Positions 40,298-49,410 of a stretch of 64,000 bases of DNA are shown here, one piece after another. Source of the stretch: Pontiella sp. (GTDB lineage: Bacteria; Verrucomicrobiota; Kiritimatiellia; Kiritimatiellales; Pontiellaceae); NCBI GenBank assembly GCA_050290185.1, contig JBNKHE010000006.1, positions 192,001 to 256,000 of the forward strand, read 5' to 3'. The notes below the pieces were generated by a model. The model was not told the origin of the DNA, searched no databases, and worked only from the letters and a program-made list of their open reading frames with translations. The translations under genes were made by a program, and so were the position numbers. The stretch's first letter is position 1. The number at the start of each line of letters is the position of its first letter.

Positions 40298-41029
40298 TTA
40301 AACCTCGACTACGCCCTTGCAATCGGGATAGGCGGAACAGCCCCAGAATGAGTTGCCGGCGTTCTGGCCGGAACGGGCCGTGCGGAGCACCATCGGCTTG
40401 TTGCATTTCGGGCAGGCGGGAACCGGGTCGTTCGTCTTTTGTTTCTGGCGCTCCTTCAAGCGTTCGGCGGCTAGCAACTCGCTATAACCGCCCTCGGAAA
40501 CAAACTGCTCCTCCAACGCCGCGATCTGCTGATCGAGTAGAAAGTTGGTCTGGTGGATCAGGCAGATCAGCGCGTTGGCCCGAACCGCCGGGTTTTCATG
40601 CTCCAGCCATTCGGCATAGAGCATGGAGCGCTCCTGATCCGTCAAATCAGCCAGATTGGACCGATCCTCCCGATCTTTCTTGAACTTCCTCGGCACATTC
40701 CGCACCGCAAGAGCTTCCGCCGAGTTCAGCTCCCACATTTCCAGCCGCCGATGCCGCAGGAAATCCTCGTAGTCGAGCAGGAGTTCTTCAAGGCTGGCCC
40801 GCGCAACATTCACCAGCCGCAGTTCCGTCTGGCTGGAGGTGGCGGAAGCCCGGCTTCCCTCCGCAATGTTCTGCCGCCCGCTCCGCGCGGCCTGCACCAT
40901 CTGGTCGATGGTTCGCGAACGGGAATCGACAAACTTTTCACAGAACCAAACCGTGGCATCATAGATGATCGTCGCCGTCTGGAACGTCGCCAACTTCCGG
41001 TATCCCCCGCTCTTCCGTATTTTTCCCAT
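40298..41029 (-). CDS. four-helix-bundle (23S IVP/Avd-like) protein with suffix domain and topoisomerase-type C4 zinc finger
   Basis: GGYRKL, DQMVQAARSGRQNIAEGS, ARASLEELLLDYED, CPKC...FWGCSAYPDC. Confidence 0.85.
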   Translation of the reverse strand: MGKIRKSGGYRKLATFQTATIIYDATVWFCEKFVDSRSRTIDQMVQAARSGRQNIAEGSRASATSSQTELRLVNVARASLEELLLDYEDFLRHRRLEMWELNSAEALAVRNVPRKFKKDREDRSNLADLTDQERSMLYAEWLEHENPAVRANALICLIHQTNFLLDQQIAALEEQFVSEGGYSELLAAERLKERQKQKTNDPVPACPKCNKPMVLRTARSGQNAGNSFWGCSAYPDCKGVVEV

Positions 41030-41104
41030 GCCTTCCTCCAGTAATTCGTCCGATTTGTCAGATCCGACTGATTACCAGAGAAAGATATTCTTTAAAAGAA
41101 CGGT

Positions 41105-41173
41105 CTACGAAACCGCAATATTCACCAACCGGCCGGGGACGACGATGACTTTGCGGATGGTTTTGCCTTCCGA
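41105..41173 (-). repeat. leuS 3'-end copy ([22 protein letters not shown])
   Basis: 69 bp in frame with stop; 15 nt differences from leuS over the last 66 nt but only one amino-acid change (V/I). Confidence 0.95.
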
Positions 41174-41331
41174 GTGAGAACTCGTTGCCGCGACCAACTC
41201 AGCTCATGAGCGAGCTAGGACTAGTCTTTTTTTCAGAAGCGAAGTCTGAAAACATTATTTCATAGGATCGCCCCCGGTTCGGCGGCGGAAAAAAGGAGCC
41301 GAGACAACACTCGGCTCCGCGCTTCATAATC

Positions 41332-41553
41332 CTATCCCTTGGGAGGATAGGGATCTTTTCGGTAGGTTCGTTCTTCCCGAATTCTACCATCAGGACGGTG
41401 AACAAACACCTGACCTTTCCGCGGTATCGCGAGATCACGCGCCTGATCAAGTGCTTCGGATTGAGTTCCTGCGACTGAAGAACAGCGTGATGCGCCTTCG
41501 CGCTTAACACCCCATTGATCACCGTTTTTCACTACATGATACTTTTCTTTCAT
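41332..41553 (-). CDS. DUF2188-family small protein
   Basis: YHVV..W.VKREGASR....TQ.EA...AR...VHRPDGRIRE..TY..DPYPPKG; AAGGAG RBS; downstream hairpin at 41295-41318 plus T-run. Confidence 0.88.
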   Translation of the reverse strand: MKEKYHVVKNGDQWGVKREGASRCSSVAGTQSEALDQARDLAIPRKGQVFVHRPDGRIREERTYRKDPYPPKG

Positions 41554-41612
41554 TATCTAGCTCCTTGTTAGTTTAGAGCTGGGAGGAGGCTTCCTCCTCC
41601 CAGCAGTTTGCC

Positions 41613-41717
41613 TTATACGTAGAAGCAGAACGGTTTCCCGTCGCGTCTGTACACTCGGCGCTTAGTGATGTAGTGCACGAAATATTTGCAATACACCTTG
41701 CGTCGTGGTTTGCCCAT
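41613..41717 (-). CDS. 34-aa basic small protein MGKPRRKVYCKYFVHYITKRRVYRRDGKPFCFYV
   Basis: Below the ORF-track cut-off; AAGGAGG 6 nt before ATG; followed by a perfect 12-bp hairpin at 41578-41604. Confidence 0.65.
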   Translation of the reverse strand: MGKPRRKVYCKYFVHYITKRRVYRRDGKPFCFYV

Positions 41718-41892
41718 TTCGGGCCTCCTTACGGCATTGCCGCTTAAGAGTTTCCTTCTTGACGCATTAGGCAGGAGCTGAGATAAACAAGCTTTGAAAC
41801 GGAGCTACTGCCTAGTGCATCGGCTCTTGTCATCGGTACTGGTAATACCTATGACACCGACAGCTGTTAACCCTCGAGGTTAGCAGCTTTTT

Positions 41893-42342
41893 TTATACTT
41901 CGTCATGCATAGCATCCTCCCTTTCATTATCTTCATTCGAATCAGCATCTAAACGCACGATGACAATCATCTTTTCGGCATAGACCTCTGGATCGTATGA
42001 AATTGTTTTTTTTGAATAGTTTATTCCACAATAATCGAGGAAAGCCTTTGCCGCTACATGAGCCGTTAGATTGTCAGTATCGTTAGGGTTAGAAGGCCGT
42101 AATTGTAGCTTTGCAACGTCCTCTATTTTTTCTTGGGTAAATCCCAAAGCGATTGCATTGCGGTTACGATCATAATAAAGCTCCACGAACCAGTCCCCGT
42201 CTTTTATCCCAAGGCGTTTCAGTAATCCTTGCGATAAGCCTATATGGCCTTGTTTTCGAATACTAACCTTCGATACGTAGCTTCCTTTAACATTTCTGAA
42301 TCGCTCGAATTCGAACCCCTCAATTGTTCTTCTCGTTCTCAT
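41893..42342 (-). CDS. hypothetical protein, AT-rich (possible AbrB-like beta fold)
   Basis: Open frame with atypical codon usage; start uncertain (42342 ATG or 42408 GTG). Confidence 0.65.
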   Translation of the reverse strand: MRTRRTIEGFEFERFRNVKGSYVSKVSIRKQGHIGLSQGLLKRLGIKDGDWFVELYYDRNRNAIALGFTQEKIEDVAKLQLRPSNPNDTDNLTAHVAAKAFLDYCGINYSKKTISYDPEVYAEKMIVIVRLDADSNEDNEREDAMHDEV

Positions 42343-42418
42343 ACCAGCACCTGAACAAATTCTTTTATCCGTGTCAATTAACAAATTGTGCCTTTCTGCG
42401 ACCACCAAGCGGCTTGCA

Positions 42419-42434
42419 CCACAATATATTGTGG
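42419..42434. promoter_or_regulatory. perfect 16-bp palindrome CCACAATATATTGTGG (NrdR-box-like)
   Basis: Fits the acaCwAtATaTwGtgt pattern; lies upstream of 41893-42342. Confidence 0.5.
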
Positions 42435-42480
42435 TTATTCCATGTTTTTAAATTAACCAGATGTTCTATGAGATGTTTAT

Positions 42481-42509
42481 AAAAAAAGCCCCGAAAATAC
42501 GGGGCTTTT
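42481..42509 (-). terminator. leuS intrinsic terminator
   Basis: aaaagccccg-aaaata-cggggctttt with a long T-run on the minus strand. Confidence 0.85.
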
Positions 42510-42536
42510 GTGCATTAGACATATGATTGAGTTCGA

Positions 42537-45059
42537 CTACGAAACGGCGATGTTCACGAGGCGGCCGGGGACGACGATTACCTTTCTAACCGTCTTTCCT
42601 TCTAACCAGGATTGGACCTTTTCGGCGGCGAGGGCGATGGCTTCGATCTCTTCCTTAGTGGCGGAGGTGGAAACCTTGATCTGATCGCGGACCTTTCCGT
42701 TGACCTGGACGGCCATGCCGATTTCATCGCGCTTGAGGGCTTCTTCATTCACGACGGGCCAGTCGGCATTCATGATGCCGGCGGCGTGGCCGAGTTCAAC
42801 CCACAGCTCTTCGGCGATGTGCGGCGCGAAGGGCGAGATGAGCAGGATGACGTTTTCAATGGCATCGCGGAAAACTACCTTAGCGGATTCGGAACTGTCG
42901 TCCGAAATCTTGAGGGCGTCGATGGCGTTCATCAGTTCCATGATCGCGGCAATGGCGGTGTTGAAGGTGAAGGCGCCGTCGAGTCCGCGGGTGATCTGCA
43001 GGATCGTTTCGTTGGTCTTGCGGTAGAGGTCGCGTTCGGCGTCGGCCATGTCGGCGATAACCGGCTTTTTGCCTTCAACCGACTTCAGCAACTCGAGGTT
43101 GTCGGCGACGCGGCGCCAGATGCGTTTGAGGAAGCGGGATGCGCCTTCCACACCGGAGTCCTGCCACTCGGCTTCCTTTTCGGGTGGACCGATGAAGAGC
43201 GTGTAGAGGCGGACGGTGTCGGCGCCGTATTTCTTCAGCAGTTCTTCGGGACTAACCACATTTCCCTTGGATTTGGACATCTTGTAGAGGTTTCCGTCGG
43301 GGCCCTTTTTACAGATCATACCCTGCGTAAAGAGGTGTTTGAACGGCTCGTCAAAGTCGATCAGGCCGAGATCCTTGATGGCTTTGGTGAAGAAGCGGGC
43401 ATAGAGCAGATGCAGAATGGCGTGCTCGATGCCGCCGATATATTGGTCGACCGGCATCCATTTGTTGGAAATTGCGGAATCGATCGCCTGCGAAGCATCC
43501 TGTGCACTGAGATAGCGTAGGAAATACCAGGAGGAATCGACGAAGGTGTCCATGGTGTCGGATTCGCGCGTGGCTGCCCCGCCGCATTTCGGGCAGGTGC
43601 AGTTCATGAAGGATTCCGAGCCCTTGAGCGGCGATTCGCCTTCGGCCTTGAATTCAACATCGGTCGGCAACAGGATCGGAAGGTTTTCTTCCTTTTCCGG
43701 AACCACACCGCAGTCGGTGCAGTAAACCATCGGAATCGGTGCGCCCCAGTAGCGCTGACGGGAAATGAGCCAGTCGCGCAGGCGGAAGTTAATCTTTCCG
43801 GTGCCAAATCCTTTTTCTTCGGCGAGGGCGATCATCTGCTTGATCGCTTCGCGGTTGTCCACGCCGGAAAAGTCACCGGAATCAACGCAGGTGCCGTCTT
43901 CGGTATAGGCGTCTTCCATTTCGTCAAGAACGAGCGAGCCTTCCGGATTCTGGATGGAAAGCTTGATCGGCAGGTCATATTTCTTGGCGAAGGCAAAGTC
44001 GCGGGTGTCGTGCGCCGGAACCGCCATGACCGCGCCGGTGCCGTACATGAGGACATAGTTTCCGACCCACAGCTCGATTTTTTCGCCGTTGTAGGGGTTG
44101 ATCAGGTAGCGCCCGGTAAAGCGGCCTTCCTTCTCCACTTCGTCGGCTTCGCGGTCGAGGTTGGTGAGCTTGGAGCTGGCCTTGATAAATTCGAGCACCT
44201 CTTCTTCCTGCGGCAGGCCGGCGATGAGGTTTTTCAGCTCAGGATGTTCGGGAGCCAACGCCATATAGGTGCAGCCGTAGATGGTATCGACGCGGGTTGT
44301 GTAGCAGGCGATTTTATCAACATTGTCCCCTGCCCCGTCTTCGCGCGGCACGATCGGGAAGTCGATTTCCGCGCCTTCGGAGCGGCCGATCCAGTTTTTC
44401 TGCATGGTCTTCACGCGGGTCGGCCAGCCGTCGAGCGTGTCGAGATCATCGAGCAGGCGCTGGGCATAGTCGGTGATTTTGAAGAACCACTGGTCCATCG
44501 ATTTTTGGTCGACTTCGGAGTCGCAGCGCTCGCAAGCGCCGTCGACCACCTGCTCGTTGGCCAGTACGGTCGCGCACGACGGGCACCAGTTGACGTTGGA
44601 ATTCTTTTTATAGGCGAGGCCCTGTTTGTAGAACTGGATGAAAAGCCACTGCGTCCATTTATAGTAGTCGGGCATGCAGGAGGTGACTTCCTTGTCCCAG
44701 TCATACATGCAGCCCCAGGCGCGGAGCTGTTCTTTCATGGTGGCAATGTTGGCGGTGGTATATTCCGCCGGCGGTGTGCCGGTCTTGATAGCGGCATTTT
44801 CGGCGGGCAAACCAAACGAGTCCCAGCCCATCGGAGTCAGCACATCGAAACCCTGCATCTTCTTATAGCGCGCAACGGCATCGCCAATGATGTAGTTGCG
44901 GCCATGACCCACATGGAGCTTGCCCGACGGATACGGGAACATCATCAGGCAGTAGTACGGGTTTTCCGCCGCCGCCAGATCGGTATTAAAATCGCCGTTC
45001 TCGTCCCAGAAGTTCTGCCACTTCTGTTCAATCTCGTTGTAGGGATAATCGTTGTTCAT
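42537..45059 (-). CDS. leuS: leucine--tRNA ligase
   Basis: [41 protein letters not shown]. Confidence 0.98.
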   Translation of the reverse strand: MNNDYPYNEIEQKWQNFWDENGDFNTDLAAAENPYYCLMMFPYPSGKLHVGHGRNYIIGDAVARYKKMQGFDVLTPMGWDSFGLPAENAAIKTGTPPAEYTTANIATMKEQLRAWGCMYDWDKEVTSCMPDYYKWTQWLFIQFYKQGLAYKKNSNVNWCPSCATVLANEQVVDGACERCDSEVDQKSMDQWFFKITDYAQRLLDDLDTLDGWPTRVKTMQKNWIGRSEGAEIDFPIVPREDGAGDNVDKIACYTTRVDTIYGCTYMALAPEHPELKNLIAGLPQEEEVLEFIKASSKLTNLDREADEVEKEGRFTGRYLINPYNGEKIELWVGNYVLMYGTGAVMAVPAHDTRDFAFAKKYDLPIKLSIQNPEGSLVLDEMEDAYTEDGTCVDSGDFSGVDNREAIKQMIALAEEKGFGTGKINFRLRDWLISRQRYWGAPIPMVYCTDCGVVPEKEENLPILLPTDVEFKAEGESPLKGSESFMNCTCPKCGGAATRESDTMDTFVDSSWYFLRYLSAQDASQAIDSAISNKWMPVDQYIGGIEHAILHLLYARFFTKAIKDLGLIDFDEPFKHLFTQGMICKKGPDGNLYKMSKSKGNVVSPEELLKKYGADTVRLYTLFIGPPEKEAEWQDSGVEGASRFLKRIWRRVADNLELLKSVEGKKPVIADMADAERDLYRKTNETILQITRGLDGAFTFNTAIAAIMELMNAIDALKISDDSSESAKVVFRDAIENVILLISPFAPHIAEELWVELGHAAGIMNADWPVVNEEALKRDEIGMAVQVNGKVRDQIKVSTSATKEEIEAIALAAEKVQSWLEGKTVRKVIVVPGRLVNIAVS

Positions 45060-45326
45060 TGCCGGACTCCGTTCAAATTCCTAAAGAGCGGGCATATTAG
45101 GGATTTAGCTATACATTTCCACCTTCAAAGGGCGGAAAATTCGCGGACTTACGGAAATAGATTGATGCGGGACTCATTTAAATATGCAGCTTTGCTCGCG
45201 TAATCCACCATGCTTGCATGAGTGGACGGGATTGGAACCTTGCGACAGCAAGGGTGCGTCCTCCAATGCCTTATTGATTGAAGCAAAGCTTGAAACATTC
45301 ACTGAATGCGGAGAGAAATTGAAGAA

Positions 45327-45731
45327 TCAATCCAAGGTCTTATCAACCCGACAGGCAGTTGGTTCGCTGGGGCGGAACGGGCGGATGAAGGCTTCGGAAA
45401 AGTCGTACCCGCCCATGAAGTCCTCGATGGAATCCTCGTCGGTTTTGCCGAGAAGCCCCTGATTGATCAGGTTGAAGACTATATTGCCGAAGTCAATGCA
45501 TTCGTTGATCCCCCACTCGGAGAGCACCAGCTTGGAAACAGGACCGTATTCCTTTATCGCATACTCACGCATGCCTTCAAGCAACTCCTGACCGCTAACG
45601 TGGCGGGGTTTGTCCAGCTGGCTCACGGTATGGTCGAGTCCTTCACGGACAAACAGATAGGCTTCTGCGGTATATCGTCTATCCGATTCGAGGATCGGAG
45701 CCAGTAAATCATCTATGGTTTTGTACGTCAT
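45327..45731 (-). CDS. PVC-restricted conserved protein (Minf_1886-like)
   Basis: DRRY..EAY.FVREGL, RHVSGQELL, WGI....DFG.IVFNL, DSIEDF. Confidence 0.75.
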   Translation of the reverse strand: MTYKTIDDLLAPILESDRRYTAEAYLFVREGLDHTVSQLDKPRHVSGQELLEGMREYAIKEYGPVSKLVLSEWGINECIDFGNIVFNLINQGLLGKTDEDSIEDFMGGYDFSEAFIRPFRPSEPTACRVDKTLD

Positions 45732-45736
45732 GGTTT

Positions 45737-46150
45737 CTATAAATTGTTTTGCAATTTCTCGGCCAACTCGGCCATTTCATCGAAATCGTTGTATTTTTTT
45801 GGGTTCCAGTTCCAGTGGTGGCCATCGCCGTTAAACCGTGGAATAACGTGCACGTGAATATGGGCGACTTCCTGCCCTGCCGCTGTTCCGTTGTTTTGCA
45901 TAATATTGACTCCATCGGCACCAAGTCCGTTCATTTGAGCCTGGGCCACCCGTTTGGCGATACTATGCAGCTTGGCCAGTACATCGTCAGGCGTTTCGGT
46001 CACCGGATCGTAGTGCTTTTTGGGAACAACCAAAGCGTGCCCCTTGATGATCGGGGCTATATCCATGAATACCAGCACATCGTCGTCCTCATAAACGACG
46101 GTCGATGGAATTTCCTGAGCTATGATTTTGCAGAAAATGCAGTCATTCAT
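45737..46150 (-). CDS. HIT family protein
   Basis: CIFCKII, GHALVVPK, HIHVHVIPR. Confidence 0.95.
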   Translation of the reverse strand: MNDCIFCKIIAQEIPSTVVYEDDDVLVFMDIAPIIKGHALVVPKKHYDPVTETPDDVLAKLHSIAKRVAQAQMNGLGADGVNIMQNNGTAAGQEVAHIHVHVIPRFNGDGHHWNWNPKKYNDFDEMAELAEKLQNNL

Positions 46151-46343
46151 GGTTTTTCTCAACTTTTTCCAAGCCGGCAGGTGAATATGTTTCCGGCGTG
46201 TCGTGTTTCAGATACCAGTAACGTGCAATGAGACCCAACAGAAAAATGGCACAGATTACGAGGATGTATTGTTTTTCCTGATCCGAAAGCCAGAAACCGG
46301 CCTGCAGGGGACTGGGTTTGTTTTTCGCCATGTCGGTAAACAT
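46143..46343 (-). CDS. small membrane protein
   Basis: Single TM helix; stop overlaps the HIT start. Confidence 0.6.
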   Translation of the reverse strand: MFTDMAKNKPSPLQAGFWLSDQEKQYILVICAIFLLGLIARYWYLKHDTPETYSPAGLEKVEKNHE

Positions 46344-46445
46344 AGCATTTATTCTTATTAATTTAAGATCAATGTTTTCCGTTGATTAATATTCATTAAA
46401 AACCATGGGTATTGGTTTCCGGCTCATCACACTCCCTTGGATCGA

Positions 46446-47150
46446 TCAAGCCGTCGGAGGCGTTGGAGGCGCTGTCACATCTGCAGAACCGGACGATGGA
46501 GGTGCTGAGGGCGTTGTTGCATCTGCAGAACCGGACGGTGGAGGTGCTGAGGGCGTTGTTGCATCTGCAGAACCGGACGGTGGAAGTGGCGGTGTATTGG
46601 TCGGTTGGCTGCTCCCTGGGATTGGCGGCATTCCTGCACCAGGTCGGCGACCGTGCTTACGGAAGAATTCCCGCGCTTTCTTCATCAAGAGATCGTTTTT
46701 TTCCTTCCCGAGAATCCGCTCCATTTCCATTCGGTTGCGCACGAGGATTTGCAATTGTTCGGTCTGGGCATCCGAGATCTCCTGGATTGCAAGATCCAAC
46801 TCTTCCATGGAAGCTCCACTTTCCTGTAGTTTTGAAAGCTCGCGACGCGCTTTGTTTATGCGCTTCCAATTGGCCTTCATTTTTTCCATGTGGGCTTCCT
46901 GCAGGACTATAATCTGCTGGCGCTGTTCTTCGGTTACCCCGATTTCCTTAAGTGCTTTTTCCATGAGCTTCAGATGCCGCTTCTTGAATTCCCGACGTTT
47001 TTCTTCCGTGGGTTTCTGGCGCTTCTGGCCATCTGCAGCGGCAGCTCCTGAAACGGGTACAGATTCAGGTTGGCTGATCTGGTTGGTTTCCTGCGCCAGG
47101 ACCGGCAGGGCCAAAGCCGTTACTACCAGCATGATCATTTCGTTTTTCAT
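46446..47150 (-). CDS. Spy/CpxP-like periplasmic helical protein with Pro-rich tail
   Basis: Signal peptide, IGVTEEQRQQI, MERILGKE; helical charged core. Confidence 0.7.
   Translation of the reverse strand: MKNEMIMLVVTALALPVLAQETNQISQPESVPVSGAAAADGQKRQKPTEEKRREFKKRHLKLMEKALKEIGVTEEQRQQIIVLQEAHMEKMKANWKRINKARRELSKLQESGASMEELDLAIQEISDAQTEQLQILVRNRMEMERILGKEKNDLLMKKAREFFRKHGRRPGAGMPPIPGSSQPTNTPPLPPSGSADATTPSAPPPSGSADATTPSAPPSSGSADVTAPPTPPTA
46478..46583 (-). repeat. 42-bp coding tandem repeat, about 2.5 copies (PPSGSADATTPSAP)
   Basis: catctgcagaaccggacg at 46478, 46520 and 46562. Confidence 0.9.
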
Positions 47151-47624
47151 ATCTCTTTCTCCCGAGCGTACGAGTGTATAACGCATCTTCCATACCTCTA
47201 TTGTCTACAAAAGCCTAAACTTTTTTTACCCGCTATACGCATTCCAACCTTTCTTCATACCAACATCTTCCAAGAGATCCCGCCCGTTTAAAGAAATCGA
47301 GGACGTTCCCAAGAGAAACATAGTAAAATCCATGTTTTTTCCCATTTGGATAGCTTCAGTACAGTGAATTGGCTGTTGTTAATCGATTAACCCGGGCACA
47401 ACATATTTAAATTCCATGTGTTACGATGACCACAGACTTTGATCTGACATTTTTGTGCTCATAATATCTGAACATGCAGGGGCTCATCTTGTGCCTCTAT
47501 CAATTTTTATAACAACATTTAGTGGTATCAGTTTTTTAGGGTGCTTTTTTTTTCTAATCCCTTGAGGGATCCAATGACATTCTTTACCTTCCAACCTCGC
47601 ATTACAAATCAGGAAACCACTGCC

Positions 47625-47644
47625 TGTTAATAACTTGTCAATAA
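47625..47644. promoter_or_regulatory. two degenerate DnaA boxes upstream of dnaA
   Basis: TGTTAATAA (47625) and TGTCAATAA (47636). Confidence 0.5.
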
Positions 47645-47682
47645 CTATGGTATGCCTGTTAAGGGGAAAGTTTTAGGTACAA

Positions 47683-49068
47683 ATGGAGAAGAATTGCCCT
47701 AGCGTCTGGGAGGACGCCTGCAAACAGCTTAAGGGAATCCTTTCAAGCGATATTTATGAACGGTGGATTGCCGTCATTCAATGTATTCGCGAAACGGAGA
47801 AGTCTTTGCAACTGGCTGTTGCCAACGATTTCTACAAGGATTGGCTCGAAGAAAACTATTTTCCAATGATCCGCAAGGCCGTCATGGTGGTCAGTGGAAA
47901 GGAAATGGATATTTCCCTGGAGGTCGATTCCAGTTGCTTTGATGTTGTCAGGGAGGAAACGGAGGCGGAAAGCCAATCTCCTATTTCGATTCCGACGCTT
48001 GGTTTTGGAAAATCCAAGCCAACTCATAATCTGAATCCCAACTATACCTTCGATTCGTTCGTGGTGGGTGCTTCGAACCAGTTTGCGCATGCAGCAGCCC
48101 TCGCAGCGGCTAATTCCCCGTCCAGAACCTATAATCCGCTTTTTCTCTATGGCGGCGTTGGATTGGGGAAAACCCATTTGATGCAGGCTATCGGAAACCA
48201 TATTGCCGCGAAGAAGCCCCGCGCCAAGATTTGCTATACGACCTGCGAATCCTTCACCAACGAATATATTGATGCCATTCAGAACAGCGGTGTTTCTGCG
48301 TTCCGCAAGAAATACCGTAAAATCGATATGTTGCTGATCGACGATATTCAGTTTCTCGATGGAAAAGCCGGCCTTCAGGAAGAGTTTTTCCACACCTTCA
48401 ACGCCCTATTTGAAAGCCATAAGCAAGTTGTACTGACCTCGGACCGTACACCGAGCGAAATGGCCGGGCTTGCCCCGCGCCTGATTTCCCGGTTCGAGTG
48501 GGGCCTGGTAACGGAACTGGGTAAACCGGATGTCGAGACCCGCTCTGCCATTCTACGGAAGAAGGCCGAACTCCTTAACCTTAATATCGACCACGCGTTG
48601 CTTGATTATCTCGCCGAACGCGTATCATCGAATATCAGGAGTCTGGAAGGCGCACTAATCCGCGTAGCCACCTTTATATCGCTGACCAACCAGCATGTGA
48701 ACATTCAGAAAATCGACGAGTTGCTGCACGACCTGCTGGATAAGGAATCAAAAGCCGCCGTCAACGTAGAAATCATTCAGCGCACGGTAGCCGAGCATTT
48801 TGACCTCCGTCCCTCGGATATAACGGGAAAGAAGCGCTCAAAGGATATTTCCTGGCCGCGTCAGATTGCGATGCATCTTTCCAGAAACATGACTTCACAG
48901 TCGTTTCCGGTTATCGGTGAAGCATTCAACCGCAACCACGCCACGATCTTATATGCAAACGAACAAGTGTCATCGAGAGCAAAGGAAGACCAGGCATTGC
49001 AGCAAACCATTGCTATTCTAAAAGACAAGGTAAACAAAAACTGCGCCAAGGCATCATGTCAAGGATGA
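47683..49068 (+). CDS. dnaA: chromosomal replication initiator DnaA
   Basis: YNPLFLYGGVGLGKTHL, LLIDDIQF, QEEFFHTFN, PRQIAM, RNHATI. Confidence 0.98.
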   Translation: MEKNCPSVWEDACKQLKGILSSDIYERWIAVIQCIRETEKSLQLAVANDFYKDWLEENYFPMIRKAVMVVSGKEMDISLEVDSSCFDVVREETEAESQSPISIPTLGFGKSKPTHNLNPNYTFDSFVVGASNQFAHAAALAAANSPSRTYNPLFLYGGVGLGKTHLMQAIGNHIAAKKPRAKICYTTCESFTNEYIDAIQNSGVSAFRKKYRKIDMLLIDDIQFLDGKAGLQEEFFHTFNALFESHKQVVLTSDRTPSEMAGLAPRLISRFEWGLVTELGKPDVETRSAILRKKAELLNLNIDHALLDYLAERVSSNIRSLEGALIRVATFISLTNQHVNIQKIDELLHDLLDKESKAAVNVEIIQRTVAEHFDLRPSDITGKKRSKDISWPRQIAMHLSRNMTSQSFPVIGEAFNRNHATILYANEQVSSRAKEDQALQQTIAILKDKVNKNCAKASCQG

Positions 49069-49189
49069 GACCGCAGTATGGAACCCATGATCTGAACCGT
49101 CACTTCGCTGGCGGTTTTTTCATATTTAGAGTGCGTTCGTTCATCCATTTGTTTGACACCATGAAAGCGTCATTCATAATCCATGGCTC

Positions 49190-49410
49190 TGTTAATAGTT
49201 CAGGGATAACCTGTGGGTATATTCTTAATAAATCTAATAACCGGTAGTTCTGAACAGATGAGGGTATTTATCCACTTTTTATCAACAGGGTTATCCACCT
49301 TTTCAAACTTTTACGGGTGACTGGGTTACGTAAAATTGGTACGTTCTGAAGCGGTTATTTACAGACTAATAATAATAGTGAATTTATAAATAGGTTATAT
49401 ATATATAACG
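49190..49410. other. oriC: replication origin oriC (DnaA boxes, DnaA-trios, AT-rich DUE)
   Basis: TTATCCACT 49268, TTATCAACA 49279, TTATCCACC 49291, TTATTTACA 49355, TAATAATAATAG 49367-49378, then an AT-rich tract; located between dnaA and dnaN. Confidence 0.85.

Noticed and set aside
40298..41029. Diversity-generating retroelement (Avd-like gene plus diverged repeats)
   Set aside because: No reverse transcriptase in the window, and the repeat differences are synonymous rather than adenine-specific.
33324..42605. CRISPR array or classical integron attC explanation for the recurring repeats
   Set aside because: Spacing is kilobases, the repeats encode the LeuS C-terminus and are not palindromic, and no cas or intI gene is present.
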